Assembly (NCBI GenBank): GCA_000004985.1
Contig: GG738909.1
Strand: one strand, 5' to 3'
Length of the DNA: 64,000 bases
From: Naegleria gruberi
Lineage: Eukaryota
The notes under the pieces are model-generated. The model did no database searches. It was not told the origin of the DNA and saw only the letters and a program-made list of their open reading frames with translations. Position 1 is the stretch's first letter. Each line of letters opens with the position of its first letter. Of the stretch, positions 59,599 through 64,000 are shown piece after piece. The translations under genes were made by a program, and so were the position numbers.

Positions 59599-59936
59599 TT
59601 TTTTAAAGGTGAGGGCAATTTGCTTTCTGAAACTGGCGCTGCCGTAAACTCACTGTTTTTTGCAGTGAAGAATCAGAACTAATAATATTTTTCTAATAAT
59701 GATGAATATTGTATGGCACAGAGTATTTGTTCCATCTTTCTGCTGTGTTGTTGCTATTAGTGTAATCTAATTATTATTATTTGTTGTCATAGCAATTTCT
59801 TTCGGATGCCAGCAAAATCCATCAAGAAGAAAAATTAAAATATTTATCAACCGCCAAAAAATCATCAACTTGGCGAAATTTTTTGATAACGGCAACCTAG
59901 GTTAAATAACACTTCTTATATCGTCATCATATAATT

Positions 59937-61577
59937 ATGAAACGAAAACATCAAGCAACTATTGTAACACCAACCCCAGTTGAAGATGATGGTCATCGTG
60001 TTCCTGATCAACATGTAACAAACTATGATATTTTCGAACACTATTCAAAGAAAGCTAAAAATTCAATTTTTCAGAAGGACGACCTGGAGACAGATCGTTT
60101 CCACTGCGATTATTGCAAGAAGGACATTTCATCATCGTTGAGAATACGTTGTGCTGAGTGTGATGAATTTGATTTGTGTGCTGATTGCTTTTTTGTTGGT
60201 GTAGAAACAAAAGAACATAAGAATGATCATGCCTATCGGGTGATGGAATATTTGCAAGCTCCTCTCCTATCTACAACATGGACAGCTGATGAAGAATTAC
60301 AACTCCTTGAAGGAATCTCCCAGAAGGGTCTAGGAAATTGGTTAGATATTGCCGAACACATAGGCAAGCAAAAATCAAAATATGAATGTGAATATCACTA
60401 TTGGACACTCTATGTAGATAGGCCAATTGCAAAGAGAAGAGCCTTATTGGAGAAGATTAAAACTCAGAAAGTTGTTGATGATTCAACGGGTTCATCAAGT
60501 GAAGACACTGAAATTTATGTACCTGTTCCAGATACTAAAGCTCCAATTCAAAATGAAAAGATGAACATTTCCAAGAAGGATCTGAAAAAAGATGATGATG
60601 GTATCATTTGGTCTGTAAGAAAGGAGTTATCCCTTCCACCAGTGAATATGCAAACTATTTTCAATGAGAATGTAAAGGCGCATCCAGAATGTGCCAAGTT
60701 TGTGATGGGAACTCTCCTTTCTAGGGAGCCAATTATTGTTGGTAATAGAAAGAATGTTCAGCAATTGGGTCAAGATATAGGTTATCTGCCTCTGAGAGCA
60801 GATTTTGAGACAGATTTCGATTACTGTGCTGAAGATATCATTGCAGAGTTGGAAATTCTCCCTACTGACACACCTGAAGAAAAGGAAAAGAAACTAGATT
60901 ATTTGAGATTATACGAATTTAGATTAAGTGAAAGAGAACGAAGAAAAAAGTTTGCTGTTGAAAGGGGTTTATTCGATTGGAAGAGAATCAGTGCTGTTGA
61001 AAAGAAGAGAAACAAGATGGAAAAAGAATTGTATCAACGATATAGACCATTTGCCAGATTCCTGGACGATCAAGATGAGTTTGACTCTTTCATGGCTGGG
61101 GTTATTCAAGAGACTAAGATAAGAAATAGAATTCAACAACTTAAAGAATATAGAGCTAATGGTTTAACATCTTTGGAACAATGTGACTTGTTTGAATCTG
61201 AAAACAAAAAGAGAGAAGCAGATTTTGACCTGAAGAAAGCTAGAGAGGGTAATATCAAATCTCCTTCAATTAAGAGAAATGCAGAGGTAATTACTGGTAC
61301 ACCAAAAGATCCAAACATGGTTGGTATTGAAATGTTGTCAAAGAGGGAACGTAGTTTCTGTGTTGGTTTACAACTCTATCCAAAGCATTACATACTTATT
61401 AAGGATGTTTTGATAAGAGAATCGGTGCAATTAGGATTTGTCTCAAAGGCAACAGCTTGTAAATTATTTACTGATTTTGAAAAGGACGTTATTTCAAAAA
61501 TTCACGACTTTTTTGTTTCAAATAATTGGATTCTTGGTGCTCCACAAGCTACACAAGAAGGCAGTTCAGGTAAATAA
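59937..61577 (+). CDS. Transcriptional adaptor ADA2 (ZZ zinc finger + SANT + SWIRM)
   Basis: ZZ finger CDYCKKDISSSLRIRCAECDEFDLCADCF...H, SANT domain WTADEELQLLEGISQKGLGNWLDIAEHIG, and a C-terminal SWIRM-like region. Single exon. Confidence 0.85.
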   Translation: MKRKHQATIVTPTPVEDDGHRVPDQHVTNYDIFEHYSKKAKNSIFQKDDLETDRFHCDYCKKDISSSLRIRCAECDEFDLCADCFFVGVETKEHKNDHAYRVMEYLQAPLLSTTWTADEELQLLEGISQKGLGNWLDIAEHIGKQKSKYECEYHYWTLYVDRPIAKRRALLEKIKTQKVVDDSTGSSSEDTEIYVPVPDTKAPIQNEKMNISKKDLKKDDDGIIWSVRKELSLPPVNMQTIFNENVKAHPECAKFVMGTLLSREPIIVGNRKNVQQLGQDIGYLPLRADFETDFDYCAEDIIAELEILPTDTPEEKEKKLDYLRLYEFRLSERERRKKFAVERGLFDWKRISAVEKKRNKMEKELYQRYRPFARFLDDQDEFDSFMAGVIQETKIRNRIQQLKEYRANGLTSLEQCDLFESENKKREADFDLKKAREGNIKSPSIKRNAEVITGTPKDPNMVGIEMLSKRERSFCVGLQLYPKHYILIKDVLIRESVQLGFVSKATACKLFTDFEKDVISKIHDFFVSNNWILGAPQATQEGSSGK

Positions 61578-62284
61578 ACCTTGATTTCATGGTCAACATT
61601 ATCCCACCAAATTTTATTTTAAAAAAAATAATTGAAAATATTTTTAGAGAAATTAATGGAAGTGCCTCCTTTTAGAATAAGGGTAGAGTATGAGCAACAC
61701 GAAATAGTATCTCATCCATTGGTGCAATCTATTTACCAACGAGTGGATAGAAAAATTCGTATTTTAAGGCTTGGCCAATCTCGTATGTGATCTACCATTA
61801 AAATTGTCAAAATCATGACTGACACTATGAACATTATTCCAATCAAATGGAAAAGGCCTGTATGTAAGGTCAATTTACTGTGACCTATTGAATCCATCTC
61901 TATTTTGGTGAAATGGGAATCATGAGACTCAATACCTTGCTAAAATTAAAGATCTTTGAATCGTATACTGCTTTCGTATTAGTTGACTACTTGGATATGG
62001 AAAGCCCTTGTTAGATTCATTTTAAATGAATCAACATTAGACTGTAGTTTGAACATGAATCAATTTTGGACTTCGCTCAACATTCCAATTATGGTTTTTG
62101 TTAAATCAATTAATTTCCCAAAACAACATAATACACTCTCAAACTCATTGGCGGATTAATAAAAGGAATTTTAAACACACTTTCATTTCATTTATCAATC
62201 CATTCAAGTCACATCGACCAATAATGGTTCATACCATAAAACCATCAATAGAAATTGATCTGTGTTCAACAAGAACACTAAAAA

Positions 62285-63517
62285 ATGTCGCAATTCAAAG
62301 CACTTGTTTCAAACATTGCTGTTTTATTGATTCTTTCATTGAGCAGTGTTTTGATTCTTGCTCACAATGGTGAAGATCATTCACTCCCAAAACCAAATCT
62401 ACCTGCAGAGAATAATCTTCCTTCCAAGTATTTCCATTTCAAGCCAACTCGTATTAGACGTTACTATATTCAAGCTGAGAAGGTTGAGTGGAATTATGGA
62501 CCTTATGGAAAGGACATGTTCATGGGAATGGATTTTTCAGCAGACAATCGTCCATCCAACACTACCATTGGTCTCAAATATCTCAAAGCAAAGTATATCG
62601 AATATACTGACAAGACTTTCTCCACAAAGAAAGCTCAAGCTCCACATTTGGGAATTGTTGGTCCAATTATAAGAGCTGAAGTTGGTGAACAAATTAGAAT
62701 TCTCTTCAAGAATGCTTTGGAATTCCCAGCAGGTATCCATCCACACGGAGTTCATTATGATAAACAATCTGAAGGAGCTGCCTATGTAGATAACGATAAG
62801 GACATGTCATTTGCAACTCCTGGAAGTGGTGATGCTGTAGCTGCCGGAGCAACTTTCGAATATATTTTCAATGTACCAGATCGTGCAGGTCCTCTTGATA
62901 ATAGTCCATTAAGCTCCATTCCGTGGATGTATCACTCCCATGCTTTGGATGAACCAGCAGAAACTCAAGCTGGCTTGATTGGTTTCATTGTCATTACTAG
63001 AAAGGGATTTGCTAGAAAGAATGGTTCTCCAAAGGATGTTGACAGAGAATTCTTTGTCATGCCTAAAATATTTGATGAACAAACAAGTTTCTTTTTAGAT
63101 CAAAACATTCAAAAGTATTTGAATGCAAGTGGTCAATTGACTGAAGCTCAATATAAGGCATTTAAGGCAGGTGGTTTAACTGCTAGTAATCAAAAGGATT
63201 CCATCAATGGCTACATGAGTGTCAATAATATTGGAGGATTTGACATGTGTCAAGGTGAAAGAGTTAGATGGTATGTTGGTACAATTGGTAATGTTGATTT
63301 GCATCCTGTCCATTGGCATGGTAACGTTGGACTCGAAGATGGCATCAGATTGGTCGACACTGTCTTTGTAGGCCCTGGAATTGCAAGAGCTTTGGATATG
63401 GATGTTGATAATCCTGGAAATTGGTTATTCCACTGTCACATTGATAACCATCATATGGATGGTATGGTTGATATTTTCAAAGTATATCACAAACATTCTG
63501 ATTTCTGTAAAAAGTAA
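62285..63517 (+). CDS. Secreted multicopper oxidase, ceruloplasmin/hephaestin-like cupredoxin domains (410 aa)
   Basis: Signal peptide, then copper ligand motifs HPHGVHY, WMYHSHA, HPVHWHG and HCHIDNHHMDGM. Confidence 0.75.
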   Translation: MSQFKALVSNIAVLLILSLSSVLILAHNGEDHSLPKPNLPAENNLPSKYFHFKPTRIRRYYIQAEKVEWNYGPYGKDMFMGMDFSADNRPSNTTIGLKYLKAKYIEYTDKTFSTKKAQAPHLGIVGPIIRAEVGEQIRILFKNALEFPAGIHPHGVHYDKQSEGAAYVDNDKDMSFATPGSGDAVAAGATFEYIFNVPDRAGPLDNSPLSSIPWMYHSHALDEPAETQAGLIGFIVITRKGFARKNGSPKDVDREFFVMPKIFDEQTSFFLDQNIQKYLNASGQLTEAQYKAFKAGGLTASNQKDSINGYMSVNNIGGFDMCQGERVRWYVGTIGNVDLHPVHWHGNVGLEDGIRLVDTVFVGPGIARALDMDVDNPGNWLFHCHIDNHHMDGMVDIFKVYHKHSDFCKK

Positions 63518-63691
63518 ATTCTCCAAATATTCTAATCCAAGAAGAATGAAAATTCATCTTATTGTTTGATTTGAATTGCTACTAAGCACTGTACAATTTC
63601 GTATTGTAAAGAATGCAAGAAGCGATGGAATTGATACATTTTCAATTTACAAGCAAATTAGTGTGATTTAGCTTTATATTATTACAAAAAA

Positions 63692-64000
63692 ATGGAATCA
63701 CAAGAAAGTGCAATTTCGGAGCAGAAGCAGAAAATCGAATCAATATCATCAGAAATAACATTGATATCAACACCATTTCCATACCGTGATGTCACCTTGA
63801 AAATATTTAGTTATTGCTCTCTGGAAAGTATTCTCTTGGGAGTACAATTATTGAATAAGGATATGCAGAGTGTAGTATTGAATCAATCCGAGATTATCTG
63901 GCAAGAGAATTTAGATCGATTGGAGGAGAGAGAGAAAATTAAATATAAAAACAAGGCCTTTGAAAAGGTTGAAAAAGGCTCGGAATTGAGAAGTCAGATC
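63692..64000 (+). CDS. F-box protein, N-terminal fragment (runs off the window end)
   Basis: ATG at 63692. F-box-like FPYRDVTLKIFSYCSLESILLGVQLLNKDM. The ORF is open to 64000. Confidence 0.45.
   Translation, partial: MESQESAISEQKQKIESISSEITLISTPFPYRDVTLKIFSYCSLESILLGVQLLNKDMQSVVLNQSEIIWQENLDRLEEREKIKYKNKAFEKVEKGSELRSQI

Noticed and set aside
1-64000. CRISPR arrays, prokaryotic operons, phage or integron features
   Set aside because: The sequence is clearly eukaryotic: spliceosomal GT-AG introns, 5S and tRNA RNA polymerase III genes, histone H1, ADA2 and kinesin. The only regular repeats are the GTAAGT arrays and 5S copies. These lack the short direct repeat plus unique spacer organisation of a CRISPR array.
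1-64000. Ciliate-type alternative genetic code because of the very high AT content
   Set aside because: Long genes such as the 1609-, 1380-, 557- and 546-codon ORFs are open under the standard code and end at TAA/TGA. The cyclase, kinesin and ADA2 domains translate correctly with the standard code.

Overview
This 64-kb window is AT-rich (about 68-70% AT) eukaryotic nuclear DNA that uses the standard genetic code and is gene-dense, with roughly 35 protein-coding genes on both strands. Many genes are split by very short, extremely AT-rich GT-AG introns of 41-115 nt, usually starting GTAAGT. The gene content suggests an amoebozoan, most likely a dictyostelid-like amoeba. The basis is Asn/Gln-rich tracts, a PPR protein, a microbial-type terpene synthase, several cyclases, kinases and F-box/LRR proteins, and mitochondrial cytochrome c1. 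This taxon call is inference only.

Recognisable genes, in order along the window:
- a PPR protein fragment, a duplicated Lys/Glu-rich coiled-coil gene, and an ELMO-domain protein;
- an F-box protein, a small RhoGEF (DH) protein, and a Zn2Cys6 transcription factor;
- a two-pore K+ channel;
- a 1.7-kaa polytopic PAS/class-III adenylyl cyclase;
- a small secreted repeat protein;
- a G-alpha-like protein fused to F-box/LRR;
- a UBC-like/ankyrin/protein-kinase gene;
- an ankyrin/BTB gene;
- cytochrome b5, cytochrome c1 and histone H1;
- a TPR protein, GGPP synthase and an LRR protein;
- a pseudokinase and a DUF-like protein;
- a terpene synthase, a SMYD-type SET/MYND protein and a Ser-rich protein;
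- a 1.5-kaa kinesin-like coiled-coil protein with a degenerate motor;
- ADA2, a secreted multicopper oxidase, and the start of another F-box gene.

RNA polymerase III genes are three dispersed 5S rRNA copies (all on the + strand, with a conserved upstream element) and four tRNAs (Glu, Gln, Ala, and Leu with an intron).

Notable structure:
- a 1.5-kb inverted segmental duplication about 28 kb apart;
- two intronic arrays of tandem splice-donor-like repeats;
- three -1 frameshifts at homopolymer or simple-repeat runs, plus one in-frame TAG, which suggest either assembly errors or pseudogenes;
- tightly abutting or overlapping convergent gene ends.

I found no CRISPR array, no prokaryotic operons and no transposon ORFs.
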